A stretch of 53,475 nt of DNA from Pedosphaera sp. (GCA_009695275.1 SIBF01000004.1:1-53475), one strand, 5' to 3'. Shown: positions 45,455 to 52,866, counted from the stretch's first letter. A program made the numbers and translations. The notes: generated by a model from the letters alone, not told the origin.

Positions 45455-48400
45455 TCACGCCAGGAGTGCTTTGGCCTTTGCCAACGCCTCGTCCAGCTTG
45501 CCCGGATCCTTGCCGCCACCGCGTGCGTTGTCGGGTTTGCCGCCGCCTTTGCCACCGACGATGGGGGCGATCTGCTGGATGATCTTTCCGGCCTGCACCT
45601 TCGCGGTGAAGTCCGGTGAGACGGAGGCGACCAGTGAGACGGCGTTGTTCGCTGCCCCACCGAGGACGATAACACCCTTGAACCGGCTCTTAAGCGCATC
45701 CACCACGGCTTGGAGATAATCCGCGTCGCCATCGGGGAAACCCTGCGTGATGAGCGGGATGCCGTTGACCGTCTCCGACCGGGTGAGCAACCAGGCCGCG
45801 GTCTGCGCCGCGTTTCGGGCGATGGACGTCTTGAGCGCCTTCTCCGACTCCTTCTGCTGCGCGAGCAGGCTCTCGACTTTCTTCTCCAACTCGGCGACGG
45901 GGGAATTCAACTTTCCCGCGACGGTGCGAAGGAGGTGAAGTTGCTGGTTCGCGAGTTCGTAAGCGGTGAGGCCGGCAACGGCTTCGATACGGCGCACGCC
46001 GGCAGCAATGGCGTTCTCGCTCACGATGCGGAACAGGCCAATCTCGCCTGTCGCACGGGTGTGGGTGCCGCCGCAGAGTTCCATTGAGTAACCATCCAGT
46101 TTGTTCGCCGCGCCGCCGATCTGGACGACGCGTACGGTGTCGCCGTATTTGTCGCCGAAGAATTGCATCACGTCCTTGCGCGATTTCACGTCGGCGTAGG
46201 GGACTTCGGTCCACGAGACGCCGGTGTTTTCAAGAATGCGTTCGTTGACGAGTTTCTCGATGTCGGCAACCTGCGCGGGTGTAAGCGGCGCGCTGTTGAA
46301 GTCGAAAGTCAGCTTGTCCGGGCCGACGAATGAACCTTTTTGCGACGCTTCCTGGCTTACGACTTCGTGCAGCGCCCAGTGGAGCAAGTGCGTGACGGTG
46401 TGGTGACGTTGGATGGCACTGCGGCGTTCGTGATCGACGGTGAGAAGGACTTCCGAACCGACAATTGGCAGCGCGTCGCCAGACGCGCTGGGAGCGCGAC
46501 CGTCCCGGTCGCCCTGCTGCGCGTCTCGCGCAGCAGATCGGTGGGGGTGGAAAACGAGAAACGTTGAGGAACTCGCGGCACCCTCGCGCGGGGAATCGGT
46601 CGGCGAGACGCCGACCGATGCGACCGGGACGGTCGCGCTCCCCTCTTCGATGAAATGGAGCCAGGTGTTGCCGGATTTTTGCGTGTTGGTGATGCGCCAG
46701 AGCTGGCCGCCGCCATTCAATTCGCCGGTGTCACCGACCTGGCCGCCCATCTCGGCGTAGCAGGCGGAAGCATCGAGGATGACAGCGGTCTTGTCCTTGA
46801 GCGAGACGACCTCCAGGACTTTGGCTTGGACGGCGAGGTGCTCGAAGCCGACGAACTTCGTGGGTGTCGTGGTCTCGATTTTCGAAAGTGAAATGACTTC
46901 CTTCTTCTGCGCGGCACGGGCGCGGGCGCGCTGCTCTTTCATCAGCTCTTCAAAGCCCTCCACGTCCACCGTCAGGCCACGTTCGCGCGCCATCAACTCG
47001 GTGAGGTCGAGCGGGAAGCCCTGCTCGTCATAAAGCCGGAACGCGAACGCACCTGAGATTTGGGCAGGGATGGCTTGGGGAGCGCGCCCGCCCCGGGCGC
47101 TGTTTCCCGCGCCCTCGCGGGAAACGGTCGGGCGTGGGACGTCACCGGACGCCGAGATTTCATTGTGCGTTCCCGAGCCGCCCGGGGCGGGCGCGCTCCC
47201 TGGCGCATCGGGAGTCCACAGCCAGCGATAATTCTCCGACGAGGGAACCACGGCGTTGTCCCAGGGATTGCGGCAGATGTAATGAAACTTCTCTTCCAAG
47301 TCCGAGTCGCCTCGCATCAGGCGGTCAAAAAAATCTTCCTCCCAAATATGAACTCCAGAGACCTTGGCCGCTTTGTTGATCTTGTGTGCGGTCGTGGACT
47401 TGATTCCGTGGAGGATTTCTCCGAGCGGATAAAAGACCGGTTTGCCGTCTTTGTCTTGCTCCTTGATTTGGGGTTCGAACAGCAGGTGAACATGGTCGGG
47501 CATCACGCGCGCGGCAAAAAGTTGATACTGCCGATGGGTGTGAGCATAGAGAACGCTCTCCAGCACGATGTCGCGCTCGGCCGGAGTGAGTTGCCGTTTC
47601 TCTCGCGTGGAGAAGGTCACCATGTATTTGCCCCAGGGTCGTTCGAAATGCGGCAGGCGTCTTTTGGAATAGGTAGCACCGGGGTTGTCGGACGCTCTGG
47701 GGCCGACCGCGAGGGCGCGGTCGGCTGCGCCCGGGGCGGGCGCGCTCCCCATCACCAATGGAAGCGGCGATCCCGCAGTCATGTGTGTCTTGTTTCCAAG
47801 TGTAATTCGAGCGGGACCACCCTGAATCAGACTCGCTTCCTCGTTGAAGAGCGCGATACCTTTGTCGAGCGTCTTGTTAAACGCCTCCTCCTCACGCTGG
47901 ATGACCTCCTGCACATGGGCTTTCCGGGCGCGAATTTCAGGGAAGACATCGCCCATTGTGTCGGCGAGCACGTCCACGAGCTTGTAGAAGAACGGTTGGT
48001 GGAAGCCGAGCGTGCGGCCGTAGCGCACGGCGCGGCGCAGGATGCGGCGGAGGACGTAGTTGCGGTCGGTGTTGCCGGGTTGGATGCCGTCGGCAATCGC
48101 AAACGAGAGCGTGCGGATGTGATCGGCAATAACCCGGAAGGCGATATCGAGCGCGATTTGCTCCGCACCATGGGCAGCGCGACCGTCCCGGTCGCTCTGT
48201 TGCGCGTCTCGCGCAACAGCCCCGGGGGTGTGGGAAGCGAGAGATGTTGAGGAACTCGCGGCACCCTCGCGCGCGGAATCGGTCGGCGGGACGCCGACCG
48301 ATGCGACCGGGACGGTCGCGCTCCCCGTCGCTTCGCGACGTAGCTTTTCCTCGGTCGCAGCGTCGGGTGTCCAGAGCCATCGATAGTTTTCCGTGGATGG

Positions 48401-49867
48401 CGCGACGCCGGAATCCCACGGGTTGCGGCAGATGTAGTGGAACTTCTCTTCGAGATCGGCGTCGCCACGAATCATGCGGTCGAACGATTCGTTCTCCCAC
48501 ACTTGGCCCGTGGTGTTTTCCGCCTTGTTGATCTCGTGGGCGGTGAACGATTTGATTGAGTGCATCAACTCGGACAGCGGCCAGAACACGGGCTTGCCTT
48601 CCTTGTCCTCCTCTTTGATCTGCGGCTCGAACAGGAAATGAACGTGATCGGGCATGACGCAGGCGGCATACATCTGATAGCGGCGCTGATCGTGTCCGAA
48701 AAGGAGGCTCTTGAGCACGATGTCCTGCGCTTGCGGCGAAAGCTGACGACGCTCGCGCGTTGTGAAACTAACCATGTATTTCGCCCACGGATGCTCGAAG
48801 TGCGGAAGGCGGCGCTTGTAGTAGGTAGCTTGAGGAGCGCGACCGTCACGGTCGCTCTGCTGCGCGTCCCGCGCGGCAGATCCGGGAGCGTGGGAAGCAG
48901 ATGATGCCGTTGGACTCGTCGCGCGCGTGGGATCGGGCGGCGGGACGCCGACCGGGGCGACCGGGACGGTCGCGCTCCCCGCTCCCTGCGGGAGTGTGCT
49001 GCCATAGCGTTTTCCACTCATTGCTTCCAGCGCGTCGAAGATCGGCCGAAAGATGTCGGTTTCATAGTTGGAGATTCTGGCGTTGGCGAAATCGGTCAGA
49101 CCCTTTGTGCCCTGCATGATGCTCGTGACGCGCTCGAAGCCCATGCCCGTATCCACGTGCTGGGCAGGCAACGGGGAGAATGTGCCGTCCGGGTTCGCGT
49201 TGAACTGGATGAAGACCAGGTTCCAGATCTCGATGCAGCGGGCGTCGCCTTTGTTGACAAGTGAACCCTTGGTGTCGCCAGCGGGCGTCAAATCAACGTG
49301 CAGTTCGGAGCAGGGACCGCATGGCCCGGTCTCACCCATCATCCAGAAGTTGTCTTTCTTGTTGCCGTTGACAATGTGGGCGGCGGGATCGAGGCCGACG
49401 CTGCGGAACTTTTCGGCCCAGAAGTTCCATGCTTCCTCGTCGCGCTCGGCAGGATCACCAATGGATTTGTCCGGATTGTAAATCGTGGCATAGAGCCGTT
49501 GGGGCGGAAATTTCCAGACACCGATAACCAATTCCCACGCCCACTCAATAGCCTCTTTCTTGAAGTAATCGCCGAAGGACCAGTTGCCGAGCATTTCGAA
49601 GAACGTGTGGTGGTAGGTATCAAGGCCGACGTCGTCGAGGTCGTTGTGCTTGCCGCCGGCGCGGATGCACTTCTGGGTGTCGGCGGCGCGGCCGGGTGTG
49701 TAGGGGCACCTGGTCTGGCCGAGGAAGATGGGCACGAACTGGTTCATGCCGGCGTTCGTGAACAGGAGGTTCGGCGAATCGGGCATTAGCGAGGACGATG
49801 GGACGATGGAGTGCTGCTTCGACTTGAAGAAGTCGAGAAACGACTGGCGGATTTGCGAACTCGTCAT
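45455..49867 (-). CDS. alaS: Alanine--tRNA ligase with three in-frame REP/RAYT insertions (1470 aa)
   Basis: ATG 49867 (MTSSQIRQSFLDFF). FTNAGMNQF, RAGGKHNDLDDVG, HHTFFEMLGNWSFGDYFK, WMMGETGPCGPCSE, VDTGMGFERV; FRVIADHIRTL; FRLYDEQGFPLDLT; editing HTVTHLLHWAL and CGGTHT; C-terminal GGGGKPDNARGGG. A single ORF with no internal stops. Confidence 0.9.
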   Translation of the reverse strand: MTSSQIRQSFLDFFKSKQHSIVPSSSLMPDSPNLLFTNAGMNQFVPIFLGQTRCPYTPGRAADTQKCIRAGGKHNDLDDVGLDTYHHTFFEMLGNWSFGDYFKKEAIEWAWELVIGVWKFPPQRLYATIYNPDKSIGDPAERDEEAWNFWAEKFRSVGLDPAAHIVNGNKKDNFWMMGETGPCGPCSELHVDLTPAGDTKGSLVNKGDARCIEIWNLVFIQFNANPDGTFSPLPAQHVDTGMGFERVTSIMQGTKGLTDFANARISNYETDIFRPIFDALEAMSGKRYGSTLPQGAGSATVPVAPVGVPPPDPTRATSPTASSASHAPGSAARDAQQSDRDGRAPQATYYKRRLPHFEHPWAKYMVSFTTRERRQLSPQAQDIVLKSLLFGHDQRRYQMYAACVMPDHVHFLFEPQIKEEDKEGKPVFWPLSELMHSIKSFTAHEINKAENTTGQVWENESFDRMIRGDADLEEKFHYICRNPWDSGVAPSTENYRWLWTPDAATEEKLRREATGSATVPVASVGVPPTDSAREGAASSSTSLASHTPGAVARDAQQSDRDGRAAHGAEQIALDIAFRVIADHIRTLSFAIADGIQPGNTDRNYVLRRILRRAVRYGRTLGFHQPFFYKLVDVLADTMGDVFPEIRARKAHVQEVIQREEEAFNKTLDKGIALFNEEASLIQGGPARITLGNKTHMTAGSPLPLVMGSAPAPGAADRALAVGPRASDNPGATYSKRRLPHFERPWGKYMVTFSTREKRQLTPAERDIVLESVLYAHTHRQYQLFAARVMPDHVHLLFEPQIKEQDKDGKPVFYPLGEILHGIKSTTAHKINKAAKVSGVHIWEEDFFDRLMRGDSDLEEKFHYICRNPWDNAVVPSSENYRWLWTPDAPGSAPAPGGSGTHNEISASGDVPRPTVSREGAGNSARGGRAPQAIPAQISGAFAFRLYDEQGFPLDLTELMARERGLTVDVEGFEELMKEQRARARAAQKKEVISLSKIETTTPTKFVGFEHLAVQAKVLEVVSLKDKTAVILDASACYAEMGGQVGDTGELNGGGQLWRITNTQKSGNTWLHFIEEGSATVPVASVGVSPTDSPREGAASSSTFLVFHPHRSAARDAQQGDRDGRAPSASGDALPIVGSEVLLTVDHERRSAIQRHHTVTHLLHWALHEVVSQEASQKGSFVGPDKLTFDFNSAPLTPAQVADIEKLVNERILENTGVSWTEVPYADVKSRKDVMQFFGDKYGDTVRVVQIGGAANKLDGYSMELCGGTHTRATGEIGLFRIVSENAIAAGVRRIEAVAGLTAYELANQQLHLLRTVAGKLNSPVAELEKKVESLLAQQKESEKALKTSIARNAAQTAAWLLTRSETVNGIPLITQGFPDGDADYLQAVVDALKSRFKGVIVLGGAANNAVSLVASVSPDFTAKVQAGKIIQQIAPIVGGKGGGKPDNARGGGKDPGKLDEALAKAKALLA
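46490..46642. repeat. REP doublet family A (insertion 3 in alaS), 153 bp
   Basis: Exact 23-nt inverted termini gggagcgcgaccgtcccggtcgc / gcgaccgggacggtcgcgctccc, plus inner hairpins with tctc/gaga loops. Translated as 51 codons, GSATVPVASVGVSPTDS...DRDGRAP. Confidence 0.85.
47078..47200. repeat. REP doublet family B (C-terminal flank of insertion 2), 123 bp
   Basis: Exact 22-nt inverted termini gggagcgcgcccgccccgggcg / cgcccggggcgggcgcgctccc. Inner hairpin tttcccgcg-ccct-cgcgggaaa. Translated as 41 codons. Confidence 0.85.
47201..47727 (-). mobile_element. RAYT-type (IS200-like Y1/HUH) transposase module 2, fused in-frame inside alaS
   Basis: YSKRRLPHFERPWGKYMVTF..., HUH motif PDHVHLLF, and catalytic-Tyr motif KFHYICRNPW. 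No start or stop of its own; same frame as alaS. Confidence 0.8.
47728..47749. repeat. Single family-B REP (N-terminal flank of insertion 2)
   Basis: cgcccggggcgggcgcgctccc, identical to the right arm at 47179..47200. Preceded by the hairpin gccgaccgc-gaggg-gcggtcggc. Confidence 0.75.
48173..48325. repeat. REP doublet family A (C-terminal flank of insertion 1), 153 bp
   Basis: Left arm ggcagcgcgaccgtcccggtcgc (1 substitution), right arm gcgaccgggacggtcgcgctccc. Same internal layout as 46490..46642. Confidence 0.85.
48326..48832 (-). mobile_element. RAYT-type (IS200-like Y1/HUH) transposase module 1, fused in-frame inside alaS
   Basis: YYKRRLPHFEHPWAKYMVSF..., HUH motif PDHVHFLF, and KFHYICRNPW. 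169 codons, no stop, same frame as alaS. Confidence 0.8.
48833..48979. repeat. REP doublet family A (N-terminal flank of insertion 1), 147 bp
   Basis: Left arm aggagcgcgaccgtcacggtcgc (2 substitutions), right arm gcgaccgggacggtcgcgctccc. Translated as 49 codons, GSATVPVAPVGVPPPD...DRDGRAP. Confidence 0.85.
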
Positions 49868-50077
49868 TCGTTGAAATGTTAAATCGTTAAATTGTGAACC
49901 GTAAAATCTTTGCCGCGAAAGAACGCAGAGAACACAAAGAATTCTTCCGCAACAAGGCGGGGAAACTAGCCGAAACCGTCCACGAGAGGCGAGTGGAAGT
50001 TTTGGCCCTTTTGGAGGTTCCACTGAAGAGGCAAGCGTGCCCGGCAGCCTTTTCCGACAAAACAGCCGGAAGAGTAT

Positions 50078-50740
50078 TCAGGGCATGAAACGGGGGGGAG
50101 GTGCTTTCACGAACGTCGTCGCGCGGAGATAGATGGGTTCAAGCAGCTCTCCTGGCAGGAAGTTGCTTCGCGTAACCGCGAGCTGACCGATGGCAGATGC
50201 GGCTGGCTCAACGTCGTGTGCTGATTGGAATTTTGCGGATAACCCCGGTCCGAAAAGACCACATTGATCACCGAGCAGAGAGTCGAGTTGTTCACGAGAC
50301 TTGAGGTTCATGGCTTCGATAATCGCGATGGTATTCGGGAAAATGTTCAACAAGGTCACGTAGAATTCACCTCGCTGCGCATCAATGGCGATTCGCACTT
50401 TGTCCCGGAGGCCTCTTTGCTGGAGTTGAAATGCGATGGCGTCAGCGCTGCCAACGCCTTGGAGTTTCAGACCTGTCGCCAGTTGCCAGCCCTGGGCGAT
50501 GGAGATGGCTGCCCGGATGCCGGTGTAGGAACCAGGTCCGAGTCCAACCACGATCTCACTTATCTCGCCGCGTTTGAGCCCGGCAACTCCAAGCGCGTTT
50601 TGTATCAACGCCAGCGGACGCACATTGCGATCCCCGGCATCGGCGGCTTCTCCCAGGATCTTCGCGGCACTGTCGCCATTGGCGGAAAGGATCGCCGCGC
50701 TCCGGATATTTCCTGAGAATTCGAGCGCCAATGTGATCAT
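50078..50740 (-). CDS. tsaB: tRNA t6A37 biosynthesis protein TsaB (YeaZ)
   Basis: MITLALEFSG N-terminus and the GPGSYTGIRAAISIAQG motif. ATGA overlap with the tsaE stop. Confidence 0.8.
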   Translation of the reverse strand: MITLALEFSGNIRSAAILSANGDSAAKILGEAADAGDRNVRPLALIQNALGVAGLKRGEISEIVVGLGPGSYTGIRAAISIAQGWQLATGLKLQGVGSADAIAFQLQQRGLRDKVRIAIDAQRGEFYVTLLNIFPNTIAIIEAMNLKSREQLDSLLGDQCGLFGPGLSAKFQSAHDVEPAASAIGQLAVTRSNFLPGELLEPIYLRATTFVKAPPPRFMP

Positions 50741-51192
50741 GCTTTTCCTGGTTTGATGCCCGTCTCGTCCGGCGTTGTAACGGTGATCCTGCGTTCTGTT
50801 TCGCCCAGAGTTTCGAGCACGACACGCACGAAATCTCCGGGCAATGGACCATTCCAGCGTTCGATCCATTCGATCAAGGCAATACCGTCCGGTTCGAGAT
50901 ATTCGACAAGTCCCGCGCCTATGATTTGAGCATCCGAATCCAGCCGGTAGAAATCAATATGGTGGAGCGGCAGACGTCCGCTGAAGTAGGTATTCAGCAG
51001 GGCGAATGTCGGAGATTGAACACGTTCCTTAACGCCAAGTCCGCGGGCAAAACCTCGTGCAAATTGCGTCTTGCCGGCTCCAAGATCGCCGCTCAGACCG
51101 ATCACGGTGCCCGCTGGCAATATTCCAGCAAGATCGTGCGCGATCGCTTCCGTCTCGGAAGGGCTACGAGAAATGTGTGTAACCGCTGACAT
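50737..51192 (-). CDS. tsaE: tRNA t6A37 biosynthesis ATPase TsaE (YjeE)
   Basis: GDLGAGKTQFARGFARGLG, SPTFALLNTY and HHIDFYRL. Confidence 0.85.
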   Translation of the reverse strand: MSAVTHISRSPSETEAIAHDLAGILPAGTVIGLSGDLGAGKTQFARGFARGLGVKERVQSPTFALLNTYFSGRLPLHHIDFYRLDSDAQIIGAGLVEYLEPDGIALIEWIERWNGPLPGDFVRVVLETLGETERRITVTTPDETGIKPGKA

Positions 51193-52129
51193 TCAGTGGA
51201 CGCAGGCCGAACTTGTCCTGGAGGCGCAAGCCTGGTTTGACGGTGATCTTGCCTACGCACGAGATTTTGAGCGTCGAAAATCTTTGCTTCCAAGCGTCAA
51301 GCAGTGGAACAGCATCAGCGCTCCCGACGGTGAAGAGCAACTCGAAGTCCTCGCCGTCGGTTAATGCGGCGAGCAGCGCCTGGCCGGATGTGTCCACTTC
51401 GATCTCCAGGTTTCCTTTGCCAGGCAGTGCGGTGCGCGCTTTTTGCCGGGCTGCGCGGCTGACCGGAATGGCGCGGCCAAGCAGTTCGGCACCGACACCG
51501 CTACTCTGAAGAATATGGCGCAGATCCCCGGCGATGCCGTCGCTCAGATCCATCATGCTGTGGATGGAGAAGTTTTCCGCCAGCCACCGCGCCTCGGTAA
51601 GGCGCGGCTCGAAGTCGAGATGTTTGCCAAGAATCGAACCGCCCAACTCGCCTGTAACGAAAATGACGTCGCCTGGTTTGGCACCTGCCCGGAGAATCAT
51701 ACGATTCTTTGGCAGCACTCCCGTGACAGTCACGGAAATGAAGATGCGTTCCGGATTGCAGGTGGTTTCTCCGCCGACGATCGCGATGCCGTGTCGTTCG
51801 GCGAGAAGGCGCATCCCGGCGTACAGACCATCGATCCACTCAGGGTCGAAGCCTGGAGGCAAGCCCAGTGTGACCATCGCGTGTCTCGGAGTGCCGGCCA
51901 TGGCGGCAAAATCGCTGAGGCATCGACCGAGCGCTTTGTGCCCGACGCGCGGGGCTTCTGTTTCCGCGGTGAAATGGACGCCCTCGACCACGGCATCTGT
52001 TTTCAACAGCAGAAATTCGCCGGCCAGGCCGATATCCACGACCGCGCAATCGTGGCCTGCGCCGGCAATGACCGAGGAGTTGGTCGGGAGATTGGGAATC
52101 AGCCGTTGGATCAGATCAAACTCGGTCAT
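51164..52129 (-). CDS. thiL: Thiamine-monophosphate kinase
   Basis: MTEFDLIQRL, GHDCAVVD, GGETT and MDLSDGIAGDL motifs of the AIR-synthase-related ThiL family. Confidence 0.85.
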   Translation of the reverse strand: MTEFDLIQRLIPNLPTNSSVIAGAGHDCAVVDIGLAGEFLLLKTDAVVEGVHFTAETEAPRVGHKALGRCLSDFAAMAGTPRHAMVTLGLPPGFDPEWIDGLYAGMRLLAERHGIAIVGGETTCNPERIFISVTVTGVLPKNRMILRAGAKPGDVIFVTGELGGSILGKHLDFEPRLTEARWLAENFSIHSMMDLSDGIAGDLRHILQSSGVGAELLGRAIPVSRAARQKARTALPGKGNLEIEVDTSGQALLAALTDGEDFELLFTVGSADAVPLLDAWKQRFSTLKISCVGKITVKPGLRLQDKFGLRPLNVSGYTHFS

Positions 52130-52149
52130 TGTGAGAGATTCCTGGAGGC

Positions 52150-52866
52150 TCAGGCTCCGGGTGAAAGTGCCACCCGCAGAAAGTTCACAAGGTTGAAGAA
52201 GGCGTGCATGACGATTGAACTTAGCAGGTTGTTGGTGCGCTCGTAAACAAAGGTGAGCATCAGAGCCAGCACGGTGAATGGAAGGATGGTCATTCGATTA
52301 CTATGGATCACCGCGAACAATAGCGACGTGCCCCAAAGCGCCATGCGCGGAAAACCCAACTGCTTGACCGATGGATAGAGGATGCCGCGAAAGACAATCT
52401 CCTCCGCGACCGGTGCCAGGATGACAGCCGCAAAAAAGATCGTGACACTCAAAGGCCAGCCCGGCTGTTTTTGAAGCATTTGCACGGGAGCCTGCAGCTC
52501 CGTCTTCATGCCCAGCAATTGGAAAATAATTGCGGAGAGTTCGCCCAGTCCAATGATCAGCGGGAGAGTGATGACACCGATCAATATTCCGAAGCCCGCC
52601 GCCCGCCACATTCGCGGCGTTGAGAAACCGAAGGCCAGCCCGCTGCCTGTTCCGTGCTCGCGCAGCAGCCATGGTAAAAGCGCAAGGACCACTCCATGAA
52701 AACTCAATGTGCCGCCGATGATCGTGGCATAGTCCTCCGGCACCCGGATCGGCGCATGTTCTGAGGTGAACCACGCCACAAGCAACATGCCGCCGCAAAA
52801 GCCCGCCATCACCAGAAGCAGATACTGCAAGACGATGTCCATCCGCCATGGTTTCTCCGATAACAT
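52150..52866 (-). CDS. CPBP family intramembrane glutamic endopeptidase (CAAX protease-like)
   Basis: APVAEEIVFRGILY, LLFAVIHSN and MHAFFNLVNF signature motifs; multi-TM. Confidence 0.85.
   Translation of the reverse strand: MLSEKPWRMDIVLQYLLLVMAGFCGGMLLVAWFTSEHAPIRVPEDYATIIGGTLSFHGVVLALLPWLLREHGTGSGLAFGFSTPRMWRAAGFGILIGVITLPLIIGLGELSAIIFQLLGMKTELQAPVQMLQKQPGWPLSVTIFFAAVILAPVAEEIVFRGILYPSVKQLGFPRMALWGTSLLFAVIHSNRMTILPFTVLALMLTFVYERTNNLLSSIVMHAFFNLVNFLRVALSPGA

Noticed and set aside
47060-48250. 396-aa plus-strand ORF antisense to alaS
   Set aside because: It is a shadow ORF of a GC-rich gene plus stop-free REP sequence, with no motifs. The same applies to other long antisense ORFs: 6806..7975 (aroF), 28829..30298 (flotillin), 37739..39298 (DUF1501), 39886..41277, 42581..43993, 4854..6146, 1449..2282 and 14246..14989.
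46490-48979. The alaS insertions as inteins
   Set aside because: The inserts begin with Gly (GSATVPV/GSAPAPG) rather than Cys/Ser/Thr. They lack a C-terminal His-Asn followed by Cys/Ser/Thr, and they have no Hint or homing-endonuclease blocks. Instead they show HUH/Tyr transposase motifs and DNA-level palindromes.
46490-48979. The repeated ~23-nt units as a CRISPR array
   Set aside because: The units occur as inverted pairs (palindromic doublets), not as regularly spaced direct repeats with unique spacers. They also lie inside a CDS, and no cas genes are present in the window.
45455-49867. alaS as a pseudogene, frameshifted gene or assembly chimera because of its 1470-aa length
   Set aside because: The reading frame is continuous with no stops. 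All AlaRS motifs are intact and collinear. Every inserted block is a multiple of 3 with clean palindromic termini. An assembly artefact cannot be fully excluded without reads, so this is listed as a check.
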